Positions 50,501 to 63,720 of a stretch of 64,000 nucleotides of DNA are shown piece by piece. Position numbers and translations under genes: made by a program. Every line of letters begins with the position of its first letter. Position 1 is the first letter of the stretch. The notes beneath the pieces are model-generated. The model did no database searches, was not told the DNA's origin, and was given only the letters and a program-made list of their open reading frames with translations. Source of the DNA: Octopus vulgaris (lineage: Eukaryota); the NCBI GenBank assembly GCA_951406725.2, contig OX597824.1, positions 4,898,001-4,962,000 of the forward strand, given 5' to 3'.

Positions 50501-50677
50501 AGTAGTGAAGAAAATCACTACCCACTACCTTGTAATACATTATGACCAGTCTAATTGTGACTCATTTGATTTTGTGAATCAATTCACCCACTCCTTTGCA
50601 ATGCATGTCAGTAGTAGCCACAATTGACGGCCTCCCACTGCATCATTTGTATTCAATGCTGGTTTCCCTTTCTATAA

Positions 50678-50893
50678 CTCTTTAGCTTTCAGATTCCTCT
50701 CTCAAATGTGAATCTTATTTATTCACATGGTTTTGTATAGATTAAGCATTATCTTGTAGCTTCAAGATTTCAATGCTGTGAATGTTTGTTTTTAGAATGA
50801 TATTGCAGGGTAGGTGTGGGAAACCGGATCTGGCCATTTTGAACATAAAACAGCATATTTAAGCTGGGTGTGGCCAGTTTAAATGCTAAACGG
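50678..50893. mobile_element. piggyBac-like MITE
   Basis: Ends CTCTTTAGCTTT / AATGCTAAACGG (imperfect TIR) with decayed TTAA-like flanks; second copy at 17528-17737. Confidence 0.6.
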
Positions 50894-52609
50894 TCGAACT
50901 TCTTCCTTCATCCGTGTACATTGCTTCTGTCTCCTTAAATGATCCATAGCTTTCTCCAATTGATGAACAACTGGCATCCCTTTTATGTTAAGAATTCAGT
51001 GATAGCACATTGCTTCTGCATGGAACCCAATGTCTGCATGTGATGGAGAAGAACATGAAGACGAGTTACTTCCATGCCAACCTTTGTGAGGTGTCATGCC
51101 AGAGTCTAAAGATTCAGGAAGATTGGGAAAAGATACAGCAATGGCTTTCCATTACTTTCTGCTGGTTTATTTACTGTTTACTCTGCAACCCCCTACTTTC
51201 CTGAGCATACCCTTGATACACAGGGCCAATCTAATCCTCTAGTATGGGGACTGGTTCACATGACTGGTGGATCATGTGACACATGTCTAGGAGTCAGTCC
51301 TCTTTTGAGTCCTCCATGCCTTAACCACAAGACCATCTGTTTTTATTTAACACTTAACTGAAGCTGTTGATAGGTACCACTCCCCATGACCAGAGAAGAG
51401 CTGGAAGTAATGGTGACCTGGCAGTAAGTCCACACATCCAGGATTACCCTGACTACCAAAGACACGAGCCCTCACCCAACTGTTATTCTCTAATCTATGG
51501 GTAAATGCTTAGAGTAGGCCCATTCACCCTAACCGTTTTTACCAGTCACCCACTTTTTACATATTCCCTAGGAGAAAGCCCCTCCCTCGCCACCCTCATT
51601 TACTTTTCCAATTGAAACTTACAAAGGTCAATGTGGGCTTGACTAAAGAGAAGCACACCTTTCCTCAATCCTTTCAGTGTCGTCCACCATACACCCTTTT
51701 ATGTTATAATATAACATAAGACAGAAGCCTGCCAGGCTTTGGAAAACATGGATGGTGGACAATCCTTATGATAGTTAGATTTGTCCTACATGTAACAACA
51801 GCTTTTCAACATAACTCCACAAATCAGTAATGCTCAGACACAGCACGAGTGTGTGCAGTATGGTTTTGTTGCTCCATGTGCATCATGGTCAGCCTCATCT
51901 GAAACAGATCAGCTACATTGTCCTTGTTGATGTCTAGAGTTTCCCCTGAGAATGTCATCGCTCTCACCTGCCACCAGATTTCTATATACTGCTAAGTTAG
52001 TACTACCATCGATTACATAGTACTACATTGATCGCTTTACTGGCAAAGGGTGGTGAGTACCTGTAAGCATTCCAGGTGTCAGATGCCCAATCTTAGTCTT
52101 TTCTTGATCCAGAACTGCAGTTCTGTCTAAGAAGTGAGCAGCAGGAATGTGTATCTTACTAACAGAGACCACACACTGCTGGTCATGTTGTTGTTGTTGC
52201 TGCTGATGCTATCTATATATACTTTAAATTTTGATGTTGACAATGCTTTAGTTCAGTAATATATCCTTCTAGAGAGTTCCCTTCGGAATTTTATGACCAG
52301 CTTCTCCAGTTAACATTCTGGACTTTTTATTTATTTAATCATTTTTGTCCTTTGTTCTTGTTTTGAGAAGGAACCTTAAGTACCAGTATGCAACTGATAC
52401 TTATTTTATCGTCCCCAAAAGGATGAAAGGTAAAGTCAACCTTGGTGGAGTTTGAACTCAGAACGTAAAGACAGACGAAATACTGCTCAGCATTACACCT
52501 AGCATGCTAGTGTTTCTGCCAGCTTCCTGCTTTCCAAATCACACATCTTACACTGCTGCCACTCTAGCAGACCCCACTCTCCATGTGACTCCATATGATT
52601 CACCCATCC

Positions 52610-52830
52610 TGCTTAATGACAACAGAACACAATCACATATAATACTTATCCAATGTTCACTGTTGATTCCAGTTCCAATTGCCCCTTTGCGACTGGCCCT
52701 TTTAAGCTCAGAGTACTGAATCCTCTTTTCCTCCCAGGCCTTGCAACCAGTCCTAACAGCACCTCTCCTCTTGTTCCGATCTAGAACATCAATTTCCCAA
52801 TCACTTTTGTTCATATCCAATTTCTTCAGG
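52610..52830 (-). mobile_element. Decayed RTE (BovB-like) ORF C-terminus
   Basis: [40 protein letters not shown] parallels 10329-10592. Confidence 0.65.
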
Positions 52831-52879
52831 TTTTCCTTCACAATTGAAAAAATTGGAGTCAACAGGAATATGCCATAAC

Positions 52880-52905
52880 TATATATATATATATGTGTGT
52901 GTTTG

Positions 52906-52961
<56 letters not shown>

Positions 52962-53428
52962 CACATGTGTGTGTGTGTGTGCGTGCACATGTGTGTGTGT
53001 GTGTGCATGCACATGTGTGTGTGTGTGTGCGTGCACATGTGTGTGTGTGTGTGTGTGTGTGCGTGCACATGTGTGTGTGTGTGTGTGTGTGTTTGTCCTC
53101 CACCATCACATGATAACCGATGATGGTGTGTTTATGTCACCTGTAACTTAACAGTTCAGTAAAAGAGACTGATAGAATAAGTCCTGGGGTCAATTTCTAA
53201 AACCCTTTAAGTGCTCCAGCATGGCTGCAGTCAAATGACTGAAACAAGTAAAAGAGTAGAAGAAAATATGTAGTATATACATATATATATGGCATCCAGC
53301 CGTAGAAACACTGCCAGATCTGACTGGGCCTGATGAAGCCTTCCAGCTTCACAGACCCCAGTTGACCCGTCCAACCCATGCTAGCATGGAAAGCGGACAC
53401 TAAATGATGATGATGATGATGATGATGA
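52880..53428 (+). mobile_element. (TG)n with GCGTGCACAT units, 3' half of SINE B (53090-53258) and an RTE-PHD tail (53289-53428)
   Basis: Direct similarity to other copies in the window. Confidence 0.8.
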
Positions 53429-53934
53429 TATATATATTATATATATATACTAATTATATATATATATATATATTAAATCAGGCAATGGTTTAGCAATGAT
53501 TGACCAAAAAGGGAAAAACTATAATTGTCATTAGATATGACAGAAGGTGTTAGAACACCTACAATGCTAAGTGTCTATGTGTGTGTGTGGTTATTAGTCA
53601 ATGTAATGTCACACACTCACTTCCGTTCCCACTGAGTACCCTACACAGTGTTCAATGTTTGGTACCAGACTTTCTCTCTTTTCTATCTATTTTTCTCTGT
53701 CCTTCTCCTCTCTCCCCTTGTACTCAAATCCTTCCCCATCTATTTCCATCTACCTCTCTACCTATCTGCTGCTTTTCTCTCTTTACTGCCTTCCATTTCT
53801 TCCTCTTTCTCAACTACCTCCTGTCTATTTTTATTCCCTTTCTTCTTTGCATTCCATCTTTCTTCCTATTTGCTCTTCCCCAACCTTCTCCACTCCATTC
53901 TGTCTCTCTTCCTTGCTTCAGTTAGTTGTGGGGC

Positions 53935-54560
53935 TGTGAAGATCGAAAAGGATTCAGACAAATCCCAGGCTTTATAAAATTCCTAATTTTATTAAGCATG
54001 TTTGTTTCCAAATTCTTAAATGTATCCAACACTATGTCAAAGAAAGAAGAATTATTTAGATGCAAACTCTGTTTTGTGTTTTTCAATAATAAAAAAATAA
54101 GTAGGAGTAAAAGAACTTCGCAAATATTTGGGGTGTGGGGCCTGGTACTTGTCATTTTGAGCATCAATGCCATTCTATAGACCCAATTGTATTCAATCCA
54201 TTTGTTACGACGACTTAAAGATTGAATTGGAGTTAGTTGGAGTTATGTCCCTTGCAACATTATTCTTTCATTCAGCATCGTCTCAAACACTAGAATGGCT
54301 AATCATCTTTTTGGGGGAAAAGACACTTTTCTTTTTTCTTTTTTCCCAATCTTTTCTGTCCTTACCTTTCTTTATGTTTAGAAAATATGCTGTATGCGTT
54401 TTGTTGATAAAATTGTAGTCCAAACACTAAATATTTTAAGGAGTCTTTACTTGACTGATTTCTGCTTTCTGTACCCTCTTTTGCCCTTTTCCAACATATT
54501 ACAGACTATTCTATACCGTAAACTCATTATTTTTTTTAAAATATATTTCGTTTGTTTTGT
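53935..54560 (-). pseudogene. Possible very old DNA-transposase remnant (Sola-like N-terminus)
   Basis: Patches KDWEKRKKK, DITPTNSNSIFKS and FFYSYL..NRVC in an order reminiscent of Sola transposases; heavily disrupted. Confidence 0.25.
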
Positions 54561-54845
54561 ATATTATTTTATCCCTTTTTTTCTTTTCTTCTTAAGTTGA
54601 TGTAATTAACACACAGTTATTTGCACGCCATTAAATTAACACACACTAAAAATACATTTTGTGTGTGCAGTATTTGGTATGTCACAGTTTTTTAACAAGC
54701 ACTTTAGTTGTTCAGTGATGTTCAATGCAATATGTAGTACCTACTCGTTGTATTATTATAGTATAAGTGGTTGAGTATTCCACAGACACGTGTACCCTTA
54801 ATGCAGTCCTCAAGCAAAATTGGCATTGGTTCTGTAAATGATAAA

Positions 54846-55080
54846 CCTATTTCTTTACTACCCACAAGGGGCTACACATAGAGGGGACAAACAAGGACAG
54901 ACAAACGGATTAAGTCGATTATATCGACCCCAGTGCCTAACTGGTACTTAATTTATCGACCCCGAAAGGATGAAAAGCAAAGTCGACCTCGGCAGAATTT
55001 GAACTCAGAACGTAACAGCAGACAAAATACCGCTAAGCATTTCGCCCGGCATGCTAACAATTCTGCCAGCTTGCCGCCTT
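54846..55080 (-). mobile_element. SINE family C (tail C1) inserted in a tail-1 SINE fragment
   Basis: Flanking direct repeat TTCTGTAAATGATAAACCT (54830-54848, 55079-55097). Confidence 0.92.
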
Positions 55081-55308
55081 CTGTAAATGATAAACCTGGT
55101 CTTTGAATAACAGGTACAGGCCAAATAACCTGGCACCCACCCGATTTCTGTTTAGTCAGTCTCATTCACAAGACCTGGGTCGAGGCAAGGCTTTGATAAA
55201 GACATCTTGTTGAGGTGTTGCACAGTTGAATCAAAGCTGAGTTCTTCTAACGACTGCAGATGGACTCCTTAATCACTCACCCACGCCTGAAAGGTATTTA
55301 ATTGTTAA

Positions 55309-55701
55309 GGTGGCGAGCTGGCAGAAACGTTAGCGGTATTTCGTCTGCCGCTACATTCTGAGTTCAAATTCCGCCGAGGTCGACTTTGCCCTTCATCCTT
55401 TTGGGGTCGATTAAATAAGTACCAGTTACGCACTGGGGTCGATATATTCGACTTAATCCGTTTGTCTGTTCTTATTTGCTCTCTCTGTGTTTAGCCCCTT
55501 GTGGGTAGTAAAGAAATAGGTATTTCTTCTGCCACCACGTTCTGAGTTCAAATTCCGCCGAGGTCAACTTTGTCTTTCATCCTTTTGGGGTCGATTAAAT
55601 AAGTACCAGTTACACACTGGGGTCGATATAATCGACTTAATCTGTTTGTCTGTTCTTATTTGTTCTCTCTGTGTTTAGCCCCGTGTGGGTAGTAAAGAAA
55701 T
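55309..55701 (+). mobile_element. SINE family C dimer (C1-C1)
   Basis: Two near-identical units joined at AAAGAAATA-GGTATTTC; TSD AGGTATTTAATTGTTAA (55292-55308, 55702-55718). Confidence 0.92.
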
Positions 55702-55929
55702 AGGTATTTAATTGTTAAAAAAGGAAAAGTATTTTATATGAAATTTGGATAAGGAGAAATACTGGTGATTGGGGTTGGGTGAGGTTGAGTTGGGTGGGGT
55801 TGAATTGGGTGGGTTGGGCTGGGTGGGGGCAAAGAAGAGGTGGCAATGGTTACTGGATTTAACTGAAAGTGATTTACTATCATCAATTTCGGAAGAAACA
55901 AAACTGTAAAACTTTTTGAAGTATTGTTA

Positions 55930-56019
55930 GAAGAGAGTGAGAGAGAGGGGGAGGGAGAGGAAGAGAGAGAGAGAGAAAGAGAGAGAGATAAAGAGAGAGG
56001 GAGAGAAAGAGAGAGAGAT

Positions 56020-56065
<46 letters not shown>
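55930..56065. repeat. (GA)n microsatellite
   Basis: Directly visible. Confidence 0.95.
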
Positions 56066-56066
<1 letters not shown>

Positions 56067-57177
56067 AGAGTGCAATATTGGGTGTATAGTTGGAGTGCTG
56101 TTAACTGGAGGTTTGCCTTCACCATTAATTGAAGGTTTGCCAGTCAGGTTGATAACACCTTTGATAAACATCATACAATATCACTTTACATTCTTTAAGA
56201 ATTTGATGTTTCTTAGGGAAGAAAATTTACCAACAAAAATGCAAATTCCTTGACCTTTTCTAAACGGTAAGACAACACATCGAAAATAATGGGAAAATCA
56301 CTAAATGCAGAATGTTGATTAAATCGTGTTGTTCTTTTATGGTGAACCTTTAATTCAGTTGTTGTTGTTGCTGTTGTTGTTAAGCAACAAGATGGGTAAG
56401 GGTGATTAGGTGATGGTCTAGGGCTTAGGGGCAGGCGACCCCCAGACCTTGGGAAAAAAAAAAACTTTGGTCGTCTTGTTGTAGTCGAGGGTTCTTCATT
56501 GACACCCGACAGCACTGGGAGGTGACCCTCGAAGTTACTGGAAATGGAGATCTCCAGGTCCAAATTCTTGAACGGCTGTTGCTGTTGCTGAGTTCATTGT
56601 CAGCCCCAACTGGGGCAGGGCTATAATCAAAAGTGTCCAATCCCTGACCATTTCATTCTTTTCCTTTCTAATATAAGTGTATCTAGGACTACAATCATTC
56701 TATTTCATAGGATGGTGGGGTGAAAATTGGGGGAGATTTGGTTGCTGTTTTGAGAAGGTTAAGTGAATGCTTAGAGGCTCCCTTATTGGCTAACGAAGCT
56801 CTTTGACTCCATCTTTCTTCTGATGAGTATGAAACGAGAGGAGTGGAATTAAATTTTGAAAGGATTTACTAAAAATAACTAAACACAGCATTTATATTTG
56901 AACCACAGGAAAGGCATGCTACTAATAAAAATCTGCACACTGGTTGTATTTCACTTCAATTTAATAATCAATTAATTAATAAATTGATTAATTAATGATT
57001 TTTAATTAGTTTGTCAAAATCTTTTAATCACAGCTTGTAATCTTGTCAATGGTCTAAACCTCTTTCATCTTCTCCCTGCCACACAATTCATGTTCTTCAT
57101 TCTTTGCTCTTCTTCATCTGCACCATGGCAACTCTCAGACACAGCAGTATTTGTTTTAAGAATCATATCCAACAAAT

Positions 57178-57494
57178 TATTATTTTATTTATGCGCCCTT
57201 TTCAAGCCTAGCCAGGTTCATGAGCCCGGTTTCCTGGTTTCTATGGCTTATGTATTCCCCCCAGCTGGACGGGACACCAGTCCATCGCAGCATTACTCAT
57301 GAAACAGGAAGAAAGAATGAGAGAAAATTGGGGCGAAAGAGTACAACAGGGGTCGCCACCACTCCCTGCCGGAGCCTCGTGGAGGTTTAGGTGTTTTCAC
57401 TCAATAAACACACACAACGCCATGTCTGGGAATTGAAACCATGATCCTCCGACCGTAAGTCCGCTGCCCTAACCACTGGGCCATTGCGCCTCCA
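57178..57494 (-). mobile_element. tRNA-derived SINE family D variant (head X + tail 2)
   Basis: Head and body match 28128-28323, different 3' region; TSD CATATCCAACAAAT (57164-57177, 57495-57508). Confidence 0.9.
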
Positions 57495-58384
57495 CATATC
57501 CAACAAATACAAACACAAAATAAGTTCCAACATTATCAATTAGGAGTTTGGAATATAATTTAATAAAAATTCTTATAACGAAATTAAGATAAAAACTCTG
57601 CATTTAATTTCAGTTTTGTATCACAGAAAAATATGGCCGTCTTGTTGTGTAACGTTGGTATAAAAATGCTTAAAGCAAATGTAAATGTTTTATGGAGCTC
57701 TCAGCCAGTGTCTCTTAATATTCAACCTCCATTAATTGATATGAGAAGATGACTCTTGTACCAGGAGGAAATTTAGATATACACATACTAGAATGACCCC
57801 AGTAGAACTCAAACAAATAAAGTAACTTCAATGTGGTTGCTTGACTTGCTAGACATAGCAGCCAAATCTCCCACAAATCACACCCCTACTGTCTTAAAAA
57901 CAAAAATAACACTTGTTAATATAGTCATGAAAAAAAAACAAGAAACCTGGATGATCACAAGTGGAATGGCTTTAGTCATAATTTTGTTCATTCCAGGAAT
58001 AAGCAACAACAACAATAATTTGAAGTGTGAAACCTTTGATGAACAGGTTGTGTTACCTAAATGTGGCATAAGTCAGGTAATTAGGTCCATTTATATAATA
58101 GAAATAATAATCAAAGATAATGGCTAATTATCTTGTGTTGTAATGACTTTATGACATAATTATATCTAACTCTGACCCAACCACTTGAAATCTTTGATTT
58201 CTACGAAGTATTTTTGCTGTTTAGTTTTTTCTCTGTTATCTTTCTTGTTGATAAGAATTATCTCTCGTTGCCACGGTTTCCATTGCTGCTACAATGGCAG
58301 CGAAGCCAGTGAGGTCCCACCGTTTATTTAGAGGAAGAAGGGAAGTATCCGTGACTAGGGGTCTTTCTTTGACATGATATTTCT

Positions 58385-58620
58385 TATTTCTTTACAGCCC
58401 ACAAGGGGCTACACACAAAGGGGACAAACAAGGACAGACAAATGGATTAAGTCGATTGTATCGACCCCAGTGTGTGACTGCTACTTATTTAATCGACCCC
58501 GAAAGGATGAAAGGCAAAGTCGACCTTGGCGGAATTTGAACTCAGAACATAGTGGCAGATGATATACCGCTAAGCATTTTGCCCGGCGTGCTAACAATTC
58601 TGCCAGCTCGCCGCCTTCTA
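58385..58620 (-). mobile_element. SINE family C (tail C1)
   Basis: Full length; direct repeat CATGATATTTCT (58373-58384, 58625-58636). Confidence 0.9.
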
Positions 58621-58659
58621 TTTCCATGATATTTCTGACAAGACTTTTACCTTTTATCA

Positions 58660-60085
58660 TTTACTTGTTTTATCCATTAGACTGTGGCCATGCTAGAGCA
58701 CTGCTTTGAAGGGATTTTTTTTTAGTCAAACAAATGAATCCCAGCTCTTATTATTATTATTCATTTATTGATTTATTTATGAAATAAATAACCTGTTACT
58801 TATTTCATTGATCCCTTATGCTGAACTGCAAAGTTACAGGGATGTAAACAAACTAACACTGGCTGTCAAGCAGTGAGAACAAACATAAACACACACATTT
58901 ATGTATATGATTAGGTTCTTTCCATCTATCAAGTCCACTTACAAGGGTGTTGTTGACCTGGGGCTATAGTAAAAGACATTTACCCCCAGATGCCATGCAA
59001 ATGGGACTGAACCCATAACCATGTGGATGGGAAGCGAATATCTTACCCCACGACCACAATGCCTGTGCCTATGTTTTGACAGTTGTGTTGTTTCTTATTG
59101 TTGTCAGTCGTGTTTAGCCCTGGGTCGACCTTCATCCAATCCACCTGTCGTCATTGTAGACGTTTTATCTTTGACACCATCCTACTTTGATTCCAAAACT
59201 TCATGTTGCACAACATATCTTTTCCCCACCACCACCACCATAACAACAACAACAGCAGCAACAACAACATCCTTTCCCTATCTAAAACAATGATATCAAT
59301 TTAAGCTAAGTGATTAATCTGAATTCATTATCTTTAATAATTTCTTGGAAATTATTAATTTTCTAAGAAATCAAATACACACTTAATACACAAACATACA
59401 CCATACACACACACATATATACACTACACACGCAGACAAACACGTGTTTTTCAGTCATTGGGTTGCAGCCATACCAAGGGACCACCTTGAAGAGTTCCAT
59501 TGATGAAATCCACCCAGGACTTATTTTTTAAGCCTGGTATCTATTCTGTCTCTTTTGGTGAGCCACTTAGTTACAAGGATGTAAACAAACCAGCACCAGT
59601 TGTCAAATGAGAGGACGGCAAATACAAACACACACACACACACACAACAGGCTTCTTTCAGATTCCATCTCATGTGATCGCATGACCGACCAGGCTATCA
59701 GATGTTGTTACACATCACTGGTCACAATGTACTTTTGCATTGTTTTAGCCTTCAAATGACACCACCCTGCTGGCTAGTTGAGCAGGTTAACACCCTCCCT
59801 CTTGATCAAAGGGGGACTGGAGCAATGTGAAATGAAGTGTTTTACTCAAGAGTACAAGGTACCACCCAATCAGGGAATTGAACCCATGATCTAGCCCTCA
59901 TGAGTGCAACGGCCAAACCACCTGGCCACATGTCTAGTTTCCATCTCCCTAATTCATTCACTTGTTGTTGGTTGGCCTGGGGCTAAAGTAGGAGATACTC
60001 GCCCAAGATGCTGTGCAGGGAGACTGAACCGAAGACCCACATGGTACAAAGCAAGCTTCTCCACCACACGGCAGCCATGCTTGAC
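58660..60085 (-). mobile_element. Two decayed family B SINEs (58660-59070, 59445-60085); the second holds a nested SINE (59672-59935, head Y-like + tail 3)
   Basis: B-family blocks; nested element flanked by AG(A/T)TTCCATCTC (59660-59671, 59936-59947). Confidence 0.75.
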
Positions 60086-60529
60086 ACCTGTTTATAAACA
60101 AAAGGAAACAAAATGAAATCCAAACGCCCCTTGCACCACCCCTAATCCCTGAAATTGCCATCATTACTGGCAGACCATTACTGTAATCAATGAATGCAAA
60201 AACTCACCGACCCTCACCCCTGCCCCAACTACGAAGAGTGATGTGGACCAATGAAAGCCTCTATGCAGGTGGGGGCCCAGTTAGAATTTTCTTCAGGTCA
60301 AGTAGCCCATCCCGCTCAAAAGGTCCCTGTATAAGGGTTGTTTAAGGATGATGAACAAAACACTCATGTTTCCAGTGGTGAATTATCAAAACCCCAAAGA
60401 ATTCCTCTCAACACATGGCTATTATGCTCCCCCACTACATCTGCTCGTGATCAGAGATGCACATATCGCCAGCCACCAAGGGACATACTCAACTGGTTAC
60501 GGTCAAGCAACTGACAAGCAAATCTGCAG

Positions 60530-60995
60530 TGTATGTATGTGTGTGTGTAAGTATGTATGTATGTATGTATGTGTGTGTGTATGAATGTGTGTATGTGTGT
60601 ATGTATGTATATGTATGTATGTATGTGTGTATGTATGTGTGTATGTATGTGTGTATGTATGTATATGTGTATGTATGTGTGTATGTATGTGTGTATGTGT
60701 GTATGTATGTATGTATGTATGTATGTGTGTATGTGTGTATGTATGTATGTGTGTATGTATGTATGCATGTATGTATGAGTGGTTGTATATATGTGTCTGT
60801 GTTTGCCCTCCACCACCGTTTAACAACCGGTATTGGTGTGTTTACGTTCCCGTAAATTAGCGGTTCGGCAAAACAGACCGATAGATAAAGTATCCAGCTA
60901 AAAAAAAAAATAATAAATAAAGTACTGGGTTCGATTCCTTCAGCTGAAATTCTTCAAAGCGGTGCCCCAGCATGGCCGCAGTGTAATGAATGAAA
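60530..60995 (+). mobile_element. (TATG/TGTG)n tract followed by 3' half of SINE B
   Basis: TTAGCGGTTCGGCAAAA..GCGGTGCCCCAGCATGGCCGCAG. Confidence 0.8.
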
Positions 60996-61819
60996 TACAG
61001 ATAAAAGGTACACACACAACTTTTGCGCGCGCGCGCCTGTCTTTTGCGATGACAAATCAGCTGAGTGGAATGACGTGTTTCAGCAGGTGAGTGTATATAT
61101 AGTACAGGTATATATATAGTACAGGTGTATATATAGTACAAATCCACTTCCTGTAGGAGCAGATGATTAGTTCACTGACTGTCGTTCGACATCCCCTGAC
61201 TCTCCGTTGACAATCCTATCGTCTACACTCACAAAATACAAATTAAACACACCTGTAATTTACGCAACTGTAATTTTGTCTCCCCCACCAAAAAAAAACA
61301 ATAAAAAGCGCCAAGTTTGTGATAGATTTTCGATTTCCAGTCACACCCACTCGCGTTTACATTGATTAACGTCTAGAAAAACTTCAACTTGTTTTAATTT
61401 ACGTTTATTTATAATCAGTTTTAATTACGTTTATTTATAATCAGTGTAAAGTAAGGTGAGTTTCCATAAATCGTAGAATATTCTTTCTTATTTTGGCACA
61501 AAGCCAGCAATTTTTAGGGAGAAGGGTGAGTTGATTACAGTTGACTGGGCGACATTTGAACTCAGAACGGAAGAAATGTTGCAAAGCATTTCGTTCGATG
61601 TGTTTAAAGATTCTGCCAGGTCCCCGCCTTAATGACTCATCATGGCAAAGCAAGGCGACCTTATCCTGTGCCATATTTTTTCTAAGACACACTTGGGTGT
61701 TGGCTGCAGGAGATTTATCTGCCGTTTAAAACAGGTGGAAGGTCCCCATTCTGGCTCGAATATTCCAAATGTTGATGGTCGGTTAAAAGCTCTCGCTTGC
61801 AGTGTCGTCTTTATTATTA

Positions 61820-62414
61820 TCTATATCTATATATATATAAAGCTGAAGTTGTCTGTGTGTGGCAGGTTTGGTAGCCTTCAACTAACACTATCTCCTCCGA
61901 GACCCTACTCCGCAAGTTGACCAAAATTGAGAGTATTATATACTTAAATACATCTTTAGAATGAGACAACCGTCTTCCAGTTGATTTTCATAATCAAATA
62001 GAAATTGGAGCCCTATTTATTTAATTTAAAATAATATGACCCAATGAGGACAATTAAGATTTCAAGATGCAAATTCACCCCTTATAGAACAACTTATTTT
62101 TTTCCATGATCACTATATTTATTCTAACTATCATCCTAACATTAGTTATATATATTACAATTTGATAAGAAGGCTTGCTCTTCCTTCCGTTAACACCAAA
62201 AATTATTTACATCAAAAAGGTGCTTTTTTTCTATGAAAATTCCTATTTTTGACAATTTTTTGACTGGTGTGTCACCATTTTTTGGTGTATTTCAACTAGA
62301 AAAATGTTCACTTAAAGAGAATAACAAGCTACATAATGCAAAATTTTTACTTTTCAAAAATTCCAATTCTAAAGGGTCGAAACAAACCCGAGCAACGCCG
62401 GGCGATACTGCTAG
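61820..62414 (+). mobile_element. Non-autonomous Helitron with an internal extra segment
   Basis: A|TCTATA.. 5' end, CCCGAGCAACGCCGGG hairpin, CTAG|T 3' end; ~225 bp (61940-62165) absent from the 48671 copy. Confidence 0.87.
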
Positions 62415-62814
62415 TTACTGGTAAATGAAAGATCCCTTAAACGAGTTTAGAGATCCTTAATAAGAAGTTTAGGGAGAATAAGGCGGAGTGGGGAGAAGGT
62501 AAAAGGACTCGATCTCTAGTGAGGTTTTCTAGTTTTCTACAAATAACTATGACGACATCTTCAGAATTTTCTTTCCTGTTCCGTTCTTGGTTGTCAATAT
62601 GTAAATTATAAACAATTGACTTTCTTTTGAAACCAGAACCTGAGACACAGCAGCTGTCGTTGCTAACGATAACGACTTTGATGATATCGATGACGGTTTC
62701 TATCTCATGAGAATATACTCAACAATCAAGAGTGGGGGAGGGTGTTTTAAATCGTTAAAAACTTTTGATTTTGTAAATGTCTGGAAAGTTATTACATGTT
62801 TTATTCCACTACTA

Positions 62815-63010
62815 TTTTACTTGTTTCTGTCATTTGACTGTGGCCATGCTGGAGCACCGACTTTCGTCGAGCAAATCTACCCCAGAACGTTTTCTTTATA
62901 CGCCTAGTACTTATTCTATCGGTCCCCTTTGCCGAACCGCTAAGTTACGGGGACGCATCGCTTGTTAATCGATGTTGGGACGGGGACAAACACAGACACA
63001 CAAACATACA
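62815..63010 (-). mobile_element. 3' half of SINE family B
   Basis: TTTTACTTGTTTC.GTCATTTGACTGTGGCCATGCTGGAGCACCG. Confidence 0.82.
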
Positions 63011-63368
63011 CACCCCCACCCACACATACATATATAAATAATGGGAGAAGATAAGACATGTCTGTAGGTGACTTAAATGAAAGAGATAATGCAACTTGGT
63101 TTTTTTTCAGAGACGGATCCAAAGAGGATGTCGTGGCAGAACTGAAAGAATAAATAAATAAATGCTTCTTTGGGTCACTGGTTGTAGAGTGTTGATCTAT
63201 GGAGACGAATAGCTTTCTTTTGAATGTGGTGTCGGATGTTTATGTATAATTAAGGGTCTTCCACATTTCGTTTAAGTTGCCAATGATGAATAACAAATTA
63301 GCAATTTTTTTGTTTGTTTTTACCTCATTCACACGTAAAAAATAATACAAAGCAATAGGAAGACAGTA

Positions 63369-63720
63369 ATGCTTCGATAATATTAAATTGCATTTGATTG
63401 TTTCGCCTTTCGCTCATAATCTATTTACACCTTCTACATTTTGCGTGTGAACTAACAAAATTCCGTTGCTTCCCGCGCTGTTGCTATATAAACAAAGAGG
63501 TCACAGGTACCGAGGTCACATGCATATTCATCAAATCTGAAAACGAAGGAGATCGATAGTAATGTTTCGATAACATCAAATTCAATTTAATTGTTACCTT
63601 TCGCTCAAAATCTATGAAATCATCAACGTTTTGCGTATTAACGAAATTCCGTTGATTCCCGCGCTGTTGCTAATATAAACAAACAGGTCACGTGCATATT
63701 CGCCAGAAATCCGAAAACCT
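63369..63720 (+). repeat. Diverged tandem duplication, period ~192 bp
   Basis: AATG.TTCGATAA..CTTTCGCTCA.AATCTAT..AAATTCCGTTG.TTCCCGCGCTGTTGCTA..TAAACAAA.AGGTCAC..GCATATTC occurs from 63369 and again from 63561. Confidence 0.85.

Noticed and set aside
56815-56845. CTGATGA-gtat-GAAAC hammerhead-like word
   Set aside because: No stem II and no NUH triplet
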